A stretch of 64,000 bases of DNA, taken from NCBI GenBank assembly GCA_016842005.1, contig JAENYD010000009.1, positions 20,315 to 84,314 on the forward strand, written 5' to 3'. Below are positions 1-11,737 of this stretch, one piece after another. The notes under the pieces were generated by a model. That model was not told the DNA's origin, searched no databases, and worked only from the letters and a program-made list of their open reading frames with translations. Position numbers and translations under genes: made by a program. Source of the DNA: Clostridium thermobutyricum. Lineage in GTDB: Bacteria > Bacillota > Clostridia > Ch29. Within the stretch, counting starts at the first letter, position 1; each line of letters begins with the position of its first letter.

Positions 1-1732
1 TGTCTCCAAAAACGCACTGCTGGGTCATAGAAGACTGATAGTGGTGGACCCTGAAGGAGGAGCGCAGCCAATGCCAAAAACCATTGGAGACCGGACATAT
101 ACCATAGTTTATAACGGTGAGCTGTATAATACCGAAGATATCCGCAAGGTCCTCAAAGGGAAGGGATACCGTTTCAATTCATATTCTGATACAGAGGTTC
201 TGCTTACTTCATATATAGAATGGGGTCCCGGCTGCGTGGATTATCTGAACGGAATATATGCATTCGGCATATGGAGTGAATGTGACAAAAGCCTTTTTAT
301 TGCCAGAGACCGGCTGGGGGTCAAGCCGCTATTCTATACCCAGGCAGGGGACAGCTTCATGTTTGCTTCCGAAATCAAAGCACTGATGGCTCACCCGGAC
401 ATTAACCCGGAGATTGACGACCAGGGATTGATGGAGATCTTCGGCCTGGGTCCTGCAAGGTCCCCGGGCTCCGGTGTATTCAGAAATATAAATGAAGTAA
501 AACCCGGATACTGCATTCTTGTAACTCCCTCAGGGTTAAGAGAAAAGCGGTACTGGCAGCTTGAAAGCAAAAAGCATACTGAAGACCTGAAAACTACTAC
601 CGCACATATAAAGTACCTTGTGATGGATGCCATTGAACGTCAGCTGGTCTCGGATGTGCCTGTGTGCACATTTTTATCCGGGGGGCTGGATTCCAGTGCC
701 ATTTCCGCTGTTACAGCCAGGCTCTTTAAAAAGGAAGGTAAGGGAACCTTAAAAACCTATTCAATTGATTATGCGGAAAATGATTTATATTTTAAAGCCA
801 GTGAATTTCAGCCGGATTCAGATGGTATATGGTCAAGACGGATGTCCGACTATATAGGTTCCGAACACTACAATATTGTATTGGATATTCCTGATTTGGC
901 AGCAGCCCTGGATGATGCGGTCAGGGCAAATGACCTGCCCGGGATGGCCGATGTGGACGCTTCCCTGTATCTCTTCTGCAAAGAGATAAGAAAAAATGCC
1001 ACCGTTGCATTGTCCGGAGAATGTGCGGACGAAATTTTCGGGGGATATCCATGGTACAGAAGGCCTGAGGCCATTAATGCAGGTACTTTCCCGTGGTCCA
1101 GGGCTATTGACCAGCGTCTTGACATACTGTCGCCGGAACTTAAGCGCTTGCCTGTGAGGGATTATATAAATTACAGGTATGAAGAGACTTTGAAGGAAGT
1201 TCCCTTCCTGGAAGATGAAAGTTCTGAAGACAGCAGGATGCGTGAGATATTTTACCTGAATCTCAAGTGGTTCATGATAACCCTGCTGAACAGAAAAGAC
1301 CGTATGAGCATGTCCAACGGCCTTGAGGTAAGAGTACCCTTTGCCGACCATCGTATCGTGGAATATACGTGGAATATTCCCATTGATATGAAATTTACCG
1401 GCAACAGGGAAAAAGGCCTCCTGCGACGTGCCCTGACCGGTATGCTCCCTCCCGGAATCCTGAGAAGAAAGAAAAGCCCATATCCCAAGACGCACCATCC
1501 GCAGTATACCAGGATGGTTATTGCCAGAATGAAGGATATACTCGCTGACCCGGCTTCCCCTATCCTGGACCTGATAAATATAGCAAAGGTCTCCGATATA
1601 GTGGCAACCGGCGGTGCAGGGATAAAAGAACCCTGGTTCGGCCAGTTGATGACAGGCCCCCAGATGATTGCTTATCTTATACAGGTTAATACCTGGCTTA
1701 AGCAATACAATGTCAGAATAAATAGTATCTAA
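1..1732 (+). CDS. asnB: Asparagine synthetase (glutamine-hydrolysing). 5' end lies outside the window because the frame is open to position 2.
   Basis: Long ORF; the translation carries AsnB hallmarks (HRRLxIVDPEGGAQPM-like motif, SGGLDSS PP-loop). Confidence 0.9.
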   Translation, partial: VSKNALLGHRRLIVVDPEGGAQPMPKTIGDRTYTIVYNGELYNTEDIRKVLKGKGYRFNSYSDTEVLLTSYIEWGPGCVDYLNGIYAFGIWSECDKSLFIARDRLGVKPLFYTQAGDSFMFASEIKALMAHPDINPEIDDQGLMEIFGLGPARSPGSGVFRNINEVKPGYCILVTPSGLREKRYWQLESKKHTEDLKTTTAHIKYLVMDAIERQLVSDVPVCTFLSGGLDSSAISAVTARLFKKEGKGTLKTYSIDYAENDLYFKASEFQPDSDGIWSRRMSDYIGSEHYNIVLDIPDLAAALDDAVRANDLPGMADVDASLYLFCKEIRKNATVALSGECADEIFGGYPWYRRPEAINAGTFPWSRAIDQRLDILSPELKRLPVRDYINYRYEETLKEVPFLEDESSEDSRMREIFYLNLKWFMITLLNRKDRMSMSNGLEVRVPFADHRIVEYTWNIPIDMKFTGNREKGLLRRALTGMLPPGILRRKKSPYPKTHHPQYTRMVIARMKDILADPASPILDLINIAKVSDIVATGGAGIKEPWFGQLMTGPQMIAYLIQVNTWLKQYNVRINSI

Positions 1733-1746
1733 TATGGATTTAGCTA

Positions 1747-1774
1747 TTGCATATTTATAAATATTGTGTATAAT
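1747..1774 (+). promoter_or_regulatory. SigA-type promoter for glnA (TTGCAT, 16 nt, TATAAT)
   Basis: Near-consensus hexamers about 120 nt upstream of the glnA ATG. Confidence 0.55.
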
Positions 1775-1806
1775 ATTAATATAGTTGAATATCTGTCCGG
1801 GCAATG

Positions 1807-1860
1807 GCGTCCGCAGTAAAAAGGTATATATCCCTTTTACTTGTGGACGTTTTTTATTTT
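1807..1860 (+). terminator. Candidate leader terminator/attenuator in the glnA 5' UTR
   Basis: An imperfect stem (cgtccgcagtaa / ttacttgtggacg) followed by TTTTTTATTTT, between the promoter and the RBS. Confidence 0.35.
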
Positions 1861-1894
1861 GTATATTTAACAAACATAAAGGAGGAATCACAGC

Positions 1895-3229
1895 ATGACC
1901 AGGAAAATGAGCAAGGAAGACGTTTTAAAAAAGGCAAAGGAGCTGGATGTACAGTTTATTCACCTGCAGTTCACCGACATACTGGGGGTAATGAAGAATG
2001 TGGCCATAACTATTGAACAGCTGGATAAGGCCCTGAACAACGAGATAATGTTTGACGGTTCTTCCATTGACGGCTTTGTACGAATAGAAGAATCCGACAT
2101 GTACCTGAGACCCGACCCGTCAACATTCATGGTATATCCATGGGCTGCCCCGGTTAAAGAAGCAAGGCTCATATGCGATGTATACGACAAGGACAACAAG
2201 CCCTTCACAGGATGTCCCAGAAATATCCTGAAGCAAGTGCTGAAAGAAGCGAAAGATATGGGTTTCATAATGAATGCAGGTCCGGAATGCGAATTTTTCC
2301 TCTTCCAGACCGATGAAAAAGGGAACCCATCCCTGGAAACCCAGGATAATGCGGGATACTTTGACCTTGCCCCGGTGGACCTCGGGGAAAGCGCCCGGAG
2401 GGATATGGTGTTAACCCTGAAGCAAATGGGCTTTGAAATAGAGGCATCCCACCATGAAGTAGCCCCTGGCCAGCATGAGATTGATTTCAAATATGACGAT
2501 GCGCTGACCACCGCCGACAACATCATGACCTTCAAGATGACAGTAAGGACTATTGCCCAGCGGCACGGTCTGCATGCCACATTTATGCCCAAACCTATTT
2601 TCGGCATTAATGGGTCGGGGATGCACACCAACCTGTCCCTGGCCACCCTAGACGGGAAAAATGCCTTTTACGATGAAAAGGGAGAGCTGCAACTATCTGA
2701 TATAGCCTTCCACTTCCTTGGTGGAGTGCTTAAATATGCCAGGGCCTTTGCCGCCATTACCAATCCCACCGTAAATTCGTACAAAAGGCTGGTGCCGGGA
2801 TATGAAGCCCCTGTTTACATCGCATGGTCGGCTTCCAATAGGAGCCCCCTTGTAAGGATACCGGCAAAAAGGGGAAATTCCACCAGGCTTGAGCTGAGAA
2901 ACCCGGACCCCTCAGCAAACCCCTACCTTGCCATGGCGGTTATCCTGAAAGCGGGTCTTGACGGCATAAAGAACAAAATCCAGCCCCCTGCCCCTGTGAA
3001 CAGCAACATTTACCACATGAACGAGCTGGATAGAGAGGAAAAGGGTATACAGAGCCTTCCCGGCAGCCTGTTTGAGGCACTCAAGGAACTGTCAGGTTGC
3101 GAACTCATCAAATCGGCCCTGGGACCCCACATTTATAACCGGTTTGTTGAAGCAGCCATGATAGAGTGGAATGAATACAGGACCAGAGTAACCAAATGGG
3201 AAATAGAGAAATATCTCACCAAGTTCTAG
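1895..3229 (+). CDS. glnA: Glutamine synthetase type I
   Basis: 444-aa ORF with AAAGGAGG RBS. Motifs typical of GSI ([30 protein letters not shown]). Confidence 0.95.
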   Translation: MTRKMSKEDVLKKAKELDVQFIHLQFTDILGVMKNVAITIEQLDKALNNEIMFDGSSIDGFVRIEESDMYLRPDPSTFMVYPWAAPVKEARLICDVYDKDNKPFTGCPRNILKQVLKEAKDMGFIMNAGPECEFFLFQTDEKGNPSLETQDNAGYFDLAPVDLGESARRDMVLTLKQMGFEIEASHHEVAPGQHEIDFKYDDALTTADNIMTFKMTVRTIAQRHGLHATFMPKPIFGINGSGMHTNLSLATLDGKNAFYDEKGELQLSDIAFHFLGGVLKYARAFAAITNPTVNSYKRLVPGYEAPVYIAWSASNRSPLVRIPAKRGNSTRLELRNPDPSANPYLAMAVILKAGLDGIKNKIQPPAPVNSNIYHMNELDREEKGIQSLPGSLFEALKELSGCELIKSALGPHIYNRFVEAAMIEWNEYRTRVTKWEIEKYLTKF

Positions 3230-3240
3230 TATAAACAGGA

Positions 3241-3356
3241 TTCTATGCTTCAGGTGGAGTGTTAACCCCATCTGAAGCATAGAATATGTTATCCCGGGAC
3301 GTAGCGCCCCTTATCTGCCACCTAAGAGGATGGATGTATTGGTGGCGGTAGTCATC
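3241..3356 (+). repeat. Structured repeat element, copy A (long hairpin plus conserved GTTATCC..GACGTAGCGCC..GGCGGTAGTCATC blocks)
   Basis: Perfect 13-bp outer stem (ttctatgcttcag / ctgaagcatagaa) with an inner stem. Homologous to the copies at 25131 and 41088. Confidence 0.6.
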
Positions 3357-3370
3357 TGATAAATCATAAA

Positions 3371-3412
3371 AAAAGCCCTGATTATTATATTCCCCTTCAC
3401 CAGGGCTTTTTT
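3371..3412. terminator. Bidirectional intrinsic terminator between glnA and the AEC gene
   Basis: aaaaaaaGCCCTG...CAGGGCttttttt. Confidence 0.7.
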
Positions 3413-3446
3413 TATTTCCCGCAGCATTACCGGCTTCTATTTCCCT

Positions 3447-4391
3447 CTAAATCATGCTCAACAGTATTCCGTACAGCGGTATAACAAACATACTTACCAG
3501 GGTTGAGACACTGAACCCCACCGCTGCATATTCACAATCCCCTTCATATGCCTGTGCAACAATGGTACTCTGAGCCATAACCGGCATAGACGCTTCCATT
3601 ACAAATACCCTGGTCATAAGCTGGGGCGCGGAAAAATAGTATGACAGACCAAGGACCAGTAAAGGACAGAACAAAAATCTCCCTATCAGCAGTACGGTTA
3701 CATCTGTGCTCAGCCTGATTTTTCCGGGCCCTATACTGTAAATTATGATGCCTATAAATATCATGGACAGTGGAGTGGTCATGCTCCCTATGTACCTTGC
3801 AGTATCCATGACAAACTCCGGTGGCCGGATCTCCGATACAATAAAAACAATAGCAACCAAAAATCCCATTAATGGAGGCGAAAAGATTTTTCTTAATGTT
3901 TCAGCAACAGATATTGTTTTCGCCTTTTCCCTGCTGCTACGTCGAATAGAATATATGCCGATGGTCCAGAACAAGGTAGTGTTAGCAATATAATAAAGCA
4001 GTACCAAAGGAACACTTTCATCTCCGAACAACGCCAGATTTACAGGCAATCCTATAAAAACAGTATTGGAAAAAACAAACATGGCCTGGAAAATACCCCG
4101 CCTCTCAGGCTCCATCTTCAGTAACTTTGCCAGAATTACAGCAATCCCGTAGGAGAGAATCATGCCTGCAAGGGGAATAATCAGTCCTCTGCCTGAACTC
4201 ACCAAATTCTCTTTGCTCAGGGTATTAAGAATATTCCAGAACATGAAAACAGGCAGTGAAACGTAAAGGATTAATCTCGAAAATAATTCGGATGCATTCC
4301 GGTCAAACCACTTTTTATAGGATAAAAAATAACCTGTGCCAATCATCAGTGCAATAGTCAATATGCTCTGTACCGCATCTGTTGCAGCCAC
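3447..4391 (-). CDS. AEC family (auxin efflux carrier / malate permease-like) transporter
   Basis: 314-aa polytopic membrane ORF with an AEC-like sequence. Confidence 0.7.
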   Translation of the reverse strand: MAATDAVQSILTIALMIGTGYFLSYKKWFDRNASELFSRLILYVSLPVFMFWNILNTLSKENLVSSGRGLIIPLAGMILSYGIAVILAKLLKMEPERRGIFQAMFVFSNTVFIGLPVNLALFGDESVPLVLLYYIANTTLFWTIGIYSIRRSSREKAKTISVAETLRKIFSPPLMGFLVAIVFIVSEIRPPEFVMDTARYIGSMTTPLSMIFIGIIIYSIGPGKIRLSTDVTVLLIGRFLFCPLLVLGLSYYFSAPQLMTRVFVMEASMPVMAQSTIVAQAYEGDCEYAAVGFSVSTLVSMFVIPLYGILLSMI

Positions 4392-4483
4392 TATTCAGTC
4401 CCCTTCCTGTAAACTAATCTAAAATATACTTGTTCACCACTTCGATATATCTATAATAATACCATAAATGTCAAGAGCAAAAA

Positions 4484-4556
4484 TTGTCAAAACTGTCAAG
4501 GGGACGGTTCTTCTGACAACGTTGTCAGAAGAACCGTCCCCTTGACAATCCCCTTG
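4484..4556. repeat. Long perfect palindromic repeat (ggggacggttcttctgacaacgttgtcagaagaaccgtcccc plus flanks)
   Basis: Stem of about 27 bp. Second copy at 7262-7365. Confidence 0.8.
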
Positions 4557-4564
4557 ATATCTTT

Positions 4565-5815
4565 CTATATCCTGTATACCTTGCCGCCCAGGCTTTGGAA
4601 TTTCTTCTCAATATCGGTATAACCCCTATCGATATGGTACACGTCAGTTATCTCGGTTCTCCCCCGGGCCGCCAGCCCCGCAAGAATAAGGGCTGCACCC
4701 GCCCGCAGGTCTGTAGCCTTCACCGGGGCACCGGTAAGCTCAGGAATACCCTGCACCACGGCGCTTCTGCCATCAATCTTTATATTTGCCCCCATTCTCC
4801 TTAATTCGTTCACGTGCATAAATCTATTATCAAAAACAGTTTCTATTATTACGCTTGTTCCCCGCGCCACACTCATCAGGGCCATCATCTGCGCCTGCAT
4901 ATCCGTAGGGAAGCCTGCATAAGGCAAAGTTTTAATGTCAACGGCCTTTACCCTTTCGGGTGCATATACCCTGAGCCCGTTTTCCACTTCCTGTATTATT
5001 ACCCCTGCTTCCTTCAGTTTTGCTATAACCGACATAAGGTGATTTATGACAACGTTTTCCACTATGATATCTCCCCTGGTTATAGCGGCAGCAACCATGT
5101 AAGTACCCGCCTCAACCCTGTCGGGAATTACTGTATGAGTGCACCCTTTAAGTTCTTTTACCCCGTCAATCTTTACGGTATCAGTACCTGCACCTTTAAC
5201 GCAGCCACCCATCTTATTTATAAAGGTTGCCAGGTCCACTATTTCCGGTTCCTCGGCAGCATTCTCTATAACGGTTCTACCCTCCGCCAGAGCGGCTGCC
5301 ATCATTATATTCTCGGTGGCGCCCACGCTGGGAAAATCAAGATATACCCTGTCTCCCTTAAGCTTTTTGGCACTGGCCTCAATATACCCGTGCCCCATTG
5401 TTATCTCAGCCCCCAGGGCACTAAAGCCTTTAAGGTGCAGGTCGATAGGACGGGTTCCTATGGCACATCCTCCCGGGAATGATATCCTTGCCTTGCCCAT
5501 CCGTGCCAGTAATGGACCCAGAACTAAAAAAGAAGCTCTCATTCGTCTCACCAGCTCATAGGGAGCTTCGTAATTATCTATATTTCTGGAGTTGACTTCC
5601 ATCCGCATATTGGACAATTTCTTGATATCCGCACCTAATGAAACCAGTACCTCACTCATCACTTCAACATCATTGAGAAAGGGTATGTCTTCAAGTATAC
5701 ATTTCTGACCCGAAAGCAAACTGGCTGCTATCACAGGGAGTACTGCATTCTTTGCGCCACTTATCCTGACAGTCCCCCTAAGCGGAGGACTGGATTCTAC
5801 AACTATCTTAGACAC
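4565..5815 (-). CDS. murA: UDP-N-acetylglucosamine 1-carboxyvinyltransferase
   Basis: 416 aa with an N-terminal [11 protein letters not shown] motif. Sits downstream of the atp operon, as murAA does in Bacillus. Confidence 0.95.
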   Translation of the reverse strand: MSKIVVESSPPLRGTVRISGAKNAVLPVIAASLLSGQKCILEDIPFLNDVEVMSEVLVSLGADIKKLSNMRMEVNSRNIDNYEAPYELVRRMRASFLVLGPLLARMGKARISFPGGCAIGTRPIDLHLKGFSALGAEITMGHGYIEASAKKLKGDRVYLDFPSVGATENIMMAAALAEGRTVIENAAEEPEIVDLATFINKMGGCVKGAGTDTVKIDGVKELKGCTHTVIPDRVEAGTYMVAAAITRGDIIVENVVINHLMSVIAKLKEAGVIIQEVENGLRVYAPERVKAVDIKTLPYAGFPTDMQAQMMALMSVARGTSVIIETVFDNRFMHVNELRRMGANIKIDGRSAVVQGIPELTGAPVKATDLRAGAALILAGLAARGRTEITDVYHIDRGYTDIEKKFQSLGGKVYRI

Positions 5816-5843
5816 CTTCTATCCTCCCGTCCTGCTGAATATA

Positions 5844-6629
5844 CTAGTATTCCAGAGATATTACCGGTGAACCAATCCATATATATGTCTTCCCTTCATA
5901 CGAATTATACCTCATCGCAATGTTGATATTTACCTTATCCTCTCCTATTTTCAGGTAATCTGCGATTTTTGGGGTGTAGCCGGATACACTTATCATATCA
6001 TCATAAATCGCATTTTCAACTTCCCGGGCATGGATTCTTTCCATTATGGCACTTATTATTCCGGTGGCCTGACTGGCCGGGACCCTGTCCTCATAGCTCC
6101 CCACTATACAGGATGTGACCCTTGCACCCTTGATAAAATGCTCAACCGCTTTCTCTGCCTTCTTGCTTATCCCGGCTATATCTTCATAATCCCCGTTAAC
6201 CGAGATATCCATGACAATATTGGTCTCAACACCTTCCTCCCCCTCCAGGTTGTTGAAATTCACCGAATGCCCTATTATAACCAGATTATGTCCCCTATCA
6301 TTATCTCCTGTCAGGGTAACCTGATTGTAATCCCCTCCAAACTGCTCATTCCGTTCACAATTGTTTGCATCCATTCCCATTTCATCAGCCAGGACTTTTA
6401 CTATGCCTGTTAACTCCTCTTTCCCCAGAAACATATCCTGGGTGGTGGAATAAACGTTAATGTTGGATTCTACCGCTTTTGCCCCCGATGCCTGAAAGGC
6501 TTCAACAATCACATTGCCACCCCTGTAATAATTAAAGGCAAAACTGGCAGGAAACAGGATGAATGCAGCCGTCAGCAGCATTACCAACAGAATAAACCCG
6601 TAAAGATAATAAATTTTTTTCACGAACAA
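5844..6629 (-). CDS. YwmB-like (DUF1779) membrane-anchored protein
   Basis: 261 aa with an N-terminal TM helix. Placement between atpC and murA matches ywmB. The family assignment is from memory. Confidence 0.4.
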   Translation of the reverse strand: MFVKKIYYLYGFILLVMLLTAAFILFPASFAFNYYRGGNVIVEAFQASGAKAVESNINVYSTTQDMFLGKEELTGIVKVLADEMGMDANNCERNEQFGGDYNQVTLTGDNDRGHNLVIIGHSVNFNNLEGEEGVETNIVMDISVNGDYEDIAGISKKAEKAVEHFIKGARVTSCIVGSYEDRVPASQATGIISAIMERIHAREVENAIYDDMISVSGYTPKIADYLKIGEDKVNINIAMRYNSYEGKTYIWIGSPVISLEY

Positions 6630-6816
6630 TACCTCCCGGTAACAATCTTTTCTGGATTATTTCCATATTCCGGGAGCAGTATACCCGGATATTCCGTACA
6701 AACTTATTATTTCTAAAGCAATCCGGGCTATATACGCATGATAATCATGTAATACTTTCCTCAGCGGGCGTCTAATTATGAATTTTACTGCTTATTTAAA
6801 AAATTGTCAATATTTT

Positions 6817-7239
6817 TCATCCATTTCTGAGAGTGTTGGCGACCCGTATACGGGTTAAAGCCCTCTGAAGAGAAAGCCTTGCCCTCAATACGTCTATGTC
6901 GTCCCTGTCCTGCTGCCCCAGTCTCTCCTCAGCCCTTTCCCGGGCCCTTTGGGCCCTGTCTACGTCAATCTCTCCAGGCCATTCAGCCGCATCCACCAGA
7001 ATAGTGACTTCTTCGGGCATCACTTCCATCAATCCCTGGGCAACAGAGGCTTTCCTGCTTTCATCCTCCCCCGTTCTTATTGTAAGGACACCGGGAACCA
7101 GCGGTGTAACCAGGGGACTATGGTCATACAAAATACCCAGATAGCCTTCCCAACCTTTTACCGTAACACCTGCCACATCTCCCGAAAAAAACGTTTTCTC
7201 CGGCGTCAGAACCCGCAGTTTAATATTCTTCAAGACCAA
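6817..7239 (-). CDS. atpC: F1 ATP synthase epsilon subunit; TTG start
   Basis: 140-aa ORF at the end of the atp operon. The start codon reads TTG, with GGAGGGAGAG upstream. Confidence 0.85.
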   Translation of the reverse strand: MVLKNIKLRVLTPEKTFFSGDVAGVTVKGWEGYLGILYDHSPLVTPLVPGVLTIRTGEDESRKASVAQGLMEVMPEEVTILVDAAEWPGEIDVDRAQRARERAEERLGQQDRDDIDVLRARLSLQRALTRIRVANTLRNG

Positions 7240-7261
7240 AAACTCTCCCTCCGACTATCAG

Positions 7262-7365
7262 ACCTACCAAGGGATTGTCAGGGGGACGGTTCTTCTGACA
7301 ACATTGTCAGAAGAACCGTCCCCCTGACATCGAAGAACCGTCCCCCTGACATCCCCCTGACAGCC
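7262..7365. repeat. Palindromic repeat copy with a partially duplicated arm, inserted between atpD and atpC
   Basis: Same core as the 4500 copy. The tail cgaagaaccgtccccctgaca reiterates one arm. Confidence 0.8.
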
Positions 7366-8766
<1,401 letters not shown>

Positions 8767-9633
8767 TTACTTTAAAGCCTCCGCCCCGCCCACTATTTCG
8801 GATATTTCCCTGGTAATAAGCTCCTGGCGGGCCCTGTTGTAGGACAGGACAAGCTGGTCTATCATGTCATTGGCATTATCGGTGGCAGCATCCATAGCTA
8901 TCCGCCTGGCTGCCTGCTCGCTCACCGACGCCTCTATCATCGCCCCGTATACAGCACTCTGAATGTAACTGGGGACTAAAATATCTATTACCTCTTCGGA
9001 GGAAGGCTCGTAGACCATCAGATCGGCCATCTGTTCCCCGGCTTCCTTGCCGTCATGGGATACAGGGACAGGAACCAGGGTCAGTATCTCCGGCTTCTGG
9101 GAGATGGTGGTTATAAATCTTGTATACGCCAGGTTTATCTTCTGTACTTTCCCCCCTCTGAACAACTCCAGGGCGATCCGCGCTATCTCTGCCGCATCGG
9201 CAAAACCCGGTTTTTCGGAAATATGTATGAATTCCCTGAATACCTCGTATCCCCTTCTTATTAAATAATCCCGTCCTTTCCCTCCCGCCACCACAAAGGT
9301 GTAGTCCCGTTCTTTTCCCAGACGGGACAGGACCGACTTAATCAGATTGATATTATATCCCCCGCAGAGACCCCTGTCCGAAGTTATGACAATGTACAGT
9401 TCATTCCTGACATCGTCGGCCTGCAAGAAAGGGTGTCTGACATTACCGCTGTGCCCGGCAATATCCCGGATGGTACTTAAAGTCTTTTCAAAATAGCTGC
9501 GGGAGGCATCATACCTGCTCCTTGCCCTCCTCAGTTTTGCAGCGGCCACAAGACCCATCCCCCGTGTGATCTGACGGGTGTTCTTTATGCTTTTTATTCT
9601 CCTCTTGATATCTCTCATTCCGCTTTCCGCCAT
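8767..9633 (-). CDS. atpG: F1 ATP synthase gamma subunit
   Basis: 288 aa, gamma-like, between atpA and atpD. Confidence 0.9.
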   Translation of the reverse strand: MAESGMRDIKRRIKSIKNTRQITRGMGLVAAAKLRRARSRYDASRSYFEKTLSTIRDIAGHSGNVRHPFLQADDVRNELYIVITSDRGLCGGYNINLIKSVLSRLGKERDYTFVVAGGKGRDYLIRRGYEVFREFIHISEKPGFADAAEIARIALELFRGGKVQKINLAYTRFITTISQKPEILTLVPVPVSHDGKEAGEQMADLMVYEPSSEEVIDILVPSYIQSAVYGAMIEASVSEQAARRIAMDAATDNANDMIDQLVLSYNRARQELITREISEIVGGAEALK

Positions 9634-9669
9634 TCAGTAGCACCTATCTTTCCGTGTCAGTCCGGGTTT

Positions 9670-11175
9670 TCAATTCCAGCTCTTCTTATAATCCTCCACT
9701 GCTTTTTTCAGTTCCTCTTCGGTATGCTCCGCAAATTCGCCGGTTTCCCTTATACTTTTGCATATCTCAGGGTGGTGGTTCCTCATGAACTCCAGTAACC
9801 CCCTTTCAAAGTCCTTGACTTTTTCGAGGGGTATGTCCTCCAGGTAGTCATTGGATACTGCATAAATGATAATCACCTGGTCCTCCACCTTCATAGTCTG
9901 GTACTGGTCCTGCTTGAGAACCTCCACTATCCTCTGCCCTTTATCCAGTCTTCTCCTGGTCTCCCTGTCCAGTTCGGAACCGAATTGTGCAAAGGCCTCC
10001 AGTTCCCTGTACTGGGCCAGCTGCAGCCGCAGCTCTCCCGCCACCTTTTTCATGGCCTTTATCTGTGCGGCGCCGCCCACCCGTGAGACAGACAATCCCG
10101 CATTCACAGCGGGGCGGACACCGGCATAAAACAGTTCGCTTTCCAGGTATATCTGCCCGTCGGTAATTGATATCACATTGGTGGGGATATATGCCGATAC
10201 GTCCCCAGCCTGGGTTTCTATCAGCGGCAGGGCTGTAAGGGAGCCCCCGCCCAGGTCGTCGTTCAGCTTTGCCGCCCGCTCCAGCAGCCGGGAATGAAGA
10301 TAGAACACGTCTCCCGGATAGGCCTCCCTGGCCGGCGGCCGTCTCAGAAGCAGGGACATGGCTCTGTAGGCCACTGCATGCTTGGACAGGTCGTCATATA
10401 CAATCAGCACATCCTTACCCCGGTACATCAGCTCCTCTCCCATGGCGCATCCCGCATAGGGAGCCAAATACTGAAGGGCGTTGGGCTGGCTGGCTGTGGC
10501 CGAGACCACTATGGTATAATCCATTGCCCCCCACTCCTCAAGGGTATTGACTATCTGTGCCACGGTAGAGGCCTTCTGTCCTATGGCCACATATATGCAT
10601 ATGACATTCTGGTCTTTCTGGTTGAGAATTGTATCAACCGCAATGGCAGTCTTCCCTGTCTGCCGATCACCTATGATCAGTTCCCGCTGGCCTCTCCCTA
10701 TGGGTACCATGGCGTCTATGGCTTTTATCCCCGTCTGCAGTGGCTGACTGACCGATTTCCTTTCTATCACGCCCGGGGCGGGGTATTCCACCGGCCTGGT
10801 CCTGCCGGTATCTGTGGGCCCCTTGCCGTCAAGGGGTTGCCCCAGGGCATTAACCACCCTCCCTTTCAGCTCTTCCCCGACGGGTACCTCCACCACCCTG
10901 CCGGTTTTTTTGACTGTATCCCCTTCTTTTATGTGATCGTCAGACCCCAGAAGCACACAGCCTATATTCTCCTCCTCAAGATTTAAGGCCATTCCATACA
11001 CATTACCGGGGAACTCCAGCAGCTCTCCCGCCATACAGCTTTCCAGACCGTATACCCTGGCAATGCCGTCTCCTACCTGCAGAACAGTGCCCACCTCTTC
11101 CCTTCTGAGCACCCCTGTATAATTTACAATCTGCTGTTTTATTATATGGCTCATTTCCTCAGGCCTGAGCATCAT
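9670..11175 (-). CDS. atpA: F1 ATP synthase alpha subunit
   Basis: 501 aa with Walker A GDRQTGKT. The N-terminus resembles Bacillus AtpA. Confidence 0.97.
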   Translation of the reverse strand: MMLRPEEMSHIIKQQIVNYTGVLRREEVGTVLQVGDGIARVYGLESCMAGELLEFPGNVYGMALNLEEENIGCVLLGSDDHIKEGDTVKKTGRVVEVPVGEELKGRVVNALGQPLDGKGPTDTGRTRPVEYPAPGVIERKSVSQPLQTGIKAIDAMVPIGRGQRELIIGDRQTGKTAIAVDTILNQKDQNVICIYVAIGQKASTVAQIVNTLEEWGAMDYTIVVSATASQPNALQYLAPYAGCAMGEELMYRGKDVLIVYDDLSKHAVAYRAMSLLLRRPPAREAYPGDVFYLHSRLLERAAKLNDDLGGGSLTALPLIETQAGDVSAYIPTNVISITDGQIYLESELFYAGVRPAVNAGLSVSRVGGAAQIKAMKKVAGELRLQLAQYRELEAFAQFGSELDRETRRRLDKGQRIVEVLKQDQYQTMKVEDQVIIIYAVSNDYLEDIPLEKVKDFERGLLEFMRNHHPEICKSIRETGEFAEHTEEELKKAVEDYKKSWN

Positions 11176-11737
11176 AACTCGGTACCACCTCAGCTTCCTG
11201 TAGTTTTGCCTTTTTCATGTGCTGTTTCAATTCATCCAGCCTGCCCTGCAGACTCCCGTCCAGCAGTACGTTGCCCGCCTTCACCTTAATCCCTCCCAGG
11301 ATTCCACGGTCTATCCGGTTCTCTATAATGACGGTTTTATTCAAGGCCCGGGACAGATTCTCCCGCAGCATATCTTTTTCTTTTTCCTCTAGCAATTCCA
11401 CGGTATACACCCGGGCTTTTACAATATTCCGTTCCCTGTCCCCCAGCCGGATAAACAGCCGCAATATGTCCTGCAGCCTGCCCTGCCGCTCCCTGTCTAT
11501 CAGGAGCAGGATAAAGTTCAGCAGTTCGCCTTCCAGTTCCCCGCCTATAAGGTTTTGGATAAATTCTTTCTTTCTTGACGTGCTTATTTGCGGAGAATTG
11601 AGAAGTACTTCCAGGTCCTCCGTTTCTTCCAGAAGCTTCAGCAGTTCCCCCGACTGGGACTGGAGAATTTCTATTTTCCCTTTTTCCCGGGCTGCCTCCA
11701 GCAAGGCCCGGGCATATTTCAGGTCCACTCCGCTCAC
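11159..11737 (-). CDS. atpH: F1 ATP synthase delta subunit
   Basis: 192-aa OSCP-like ORF. Operon position. Confidence 0.85.
   Translation of the reverse strand: MSGVDLKYARALLEAAREKGKIEILQSQSGELLKLLEETEDLEVLLNSPQISTSRKKEFIQNLIGGELEGELLNFILLLIDRERQGRLQDILRLFIRLGDRERNIVKARVYTVELLEEKEKDMLRENLSRALNKTVIIENRIDRGILGGIKVKAGNVLLDGSLQGRLDELKQHMKKAKLQEAEVVPSYDAQA

Noticed and set aside
833-1891. 352-aa minus-strand ORF antisense to asnB. Similar long antisense ORFs occur at 11588-13036, 18735-20234, 34915-35673 and 62803-63657.
   Set aside because: All lie opposite strongly supported conserved genes (asnB, atp genes, ntpA, tsaC, RND). They have no recognisable protein similarity and are typical of GC-rich antisense frames.
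3286-3351. 21-codon ORF (MLSRDVAPLICHLRGWMYWWR) inside structured element copy A, which could indicate a type I toxin-like peptide
   Set aside because: Copies B and C have no start codon at the equivalent position and the frame is not conserved. Conservation pattern fits RNA/DNA structure, not coding.
6630-6816. Short hairpins (ccgggagcagtatacccgg; acccgtatacgggt) near the atpC 3' end as candidate terminators
   Set aside because: One lies within the atpC coding sequence and neither is followed by a U-tract on the transcribed strand, so a terminator call is not supportable.
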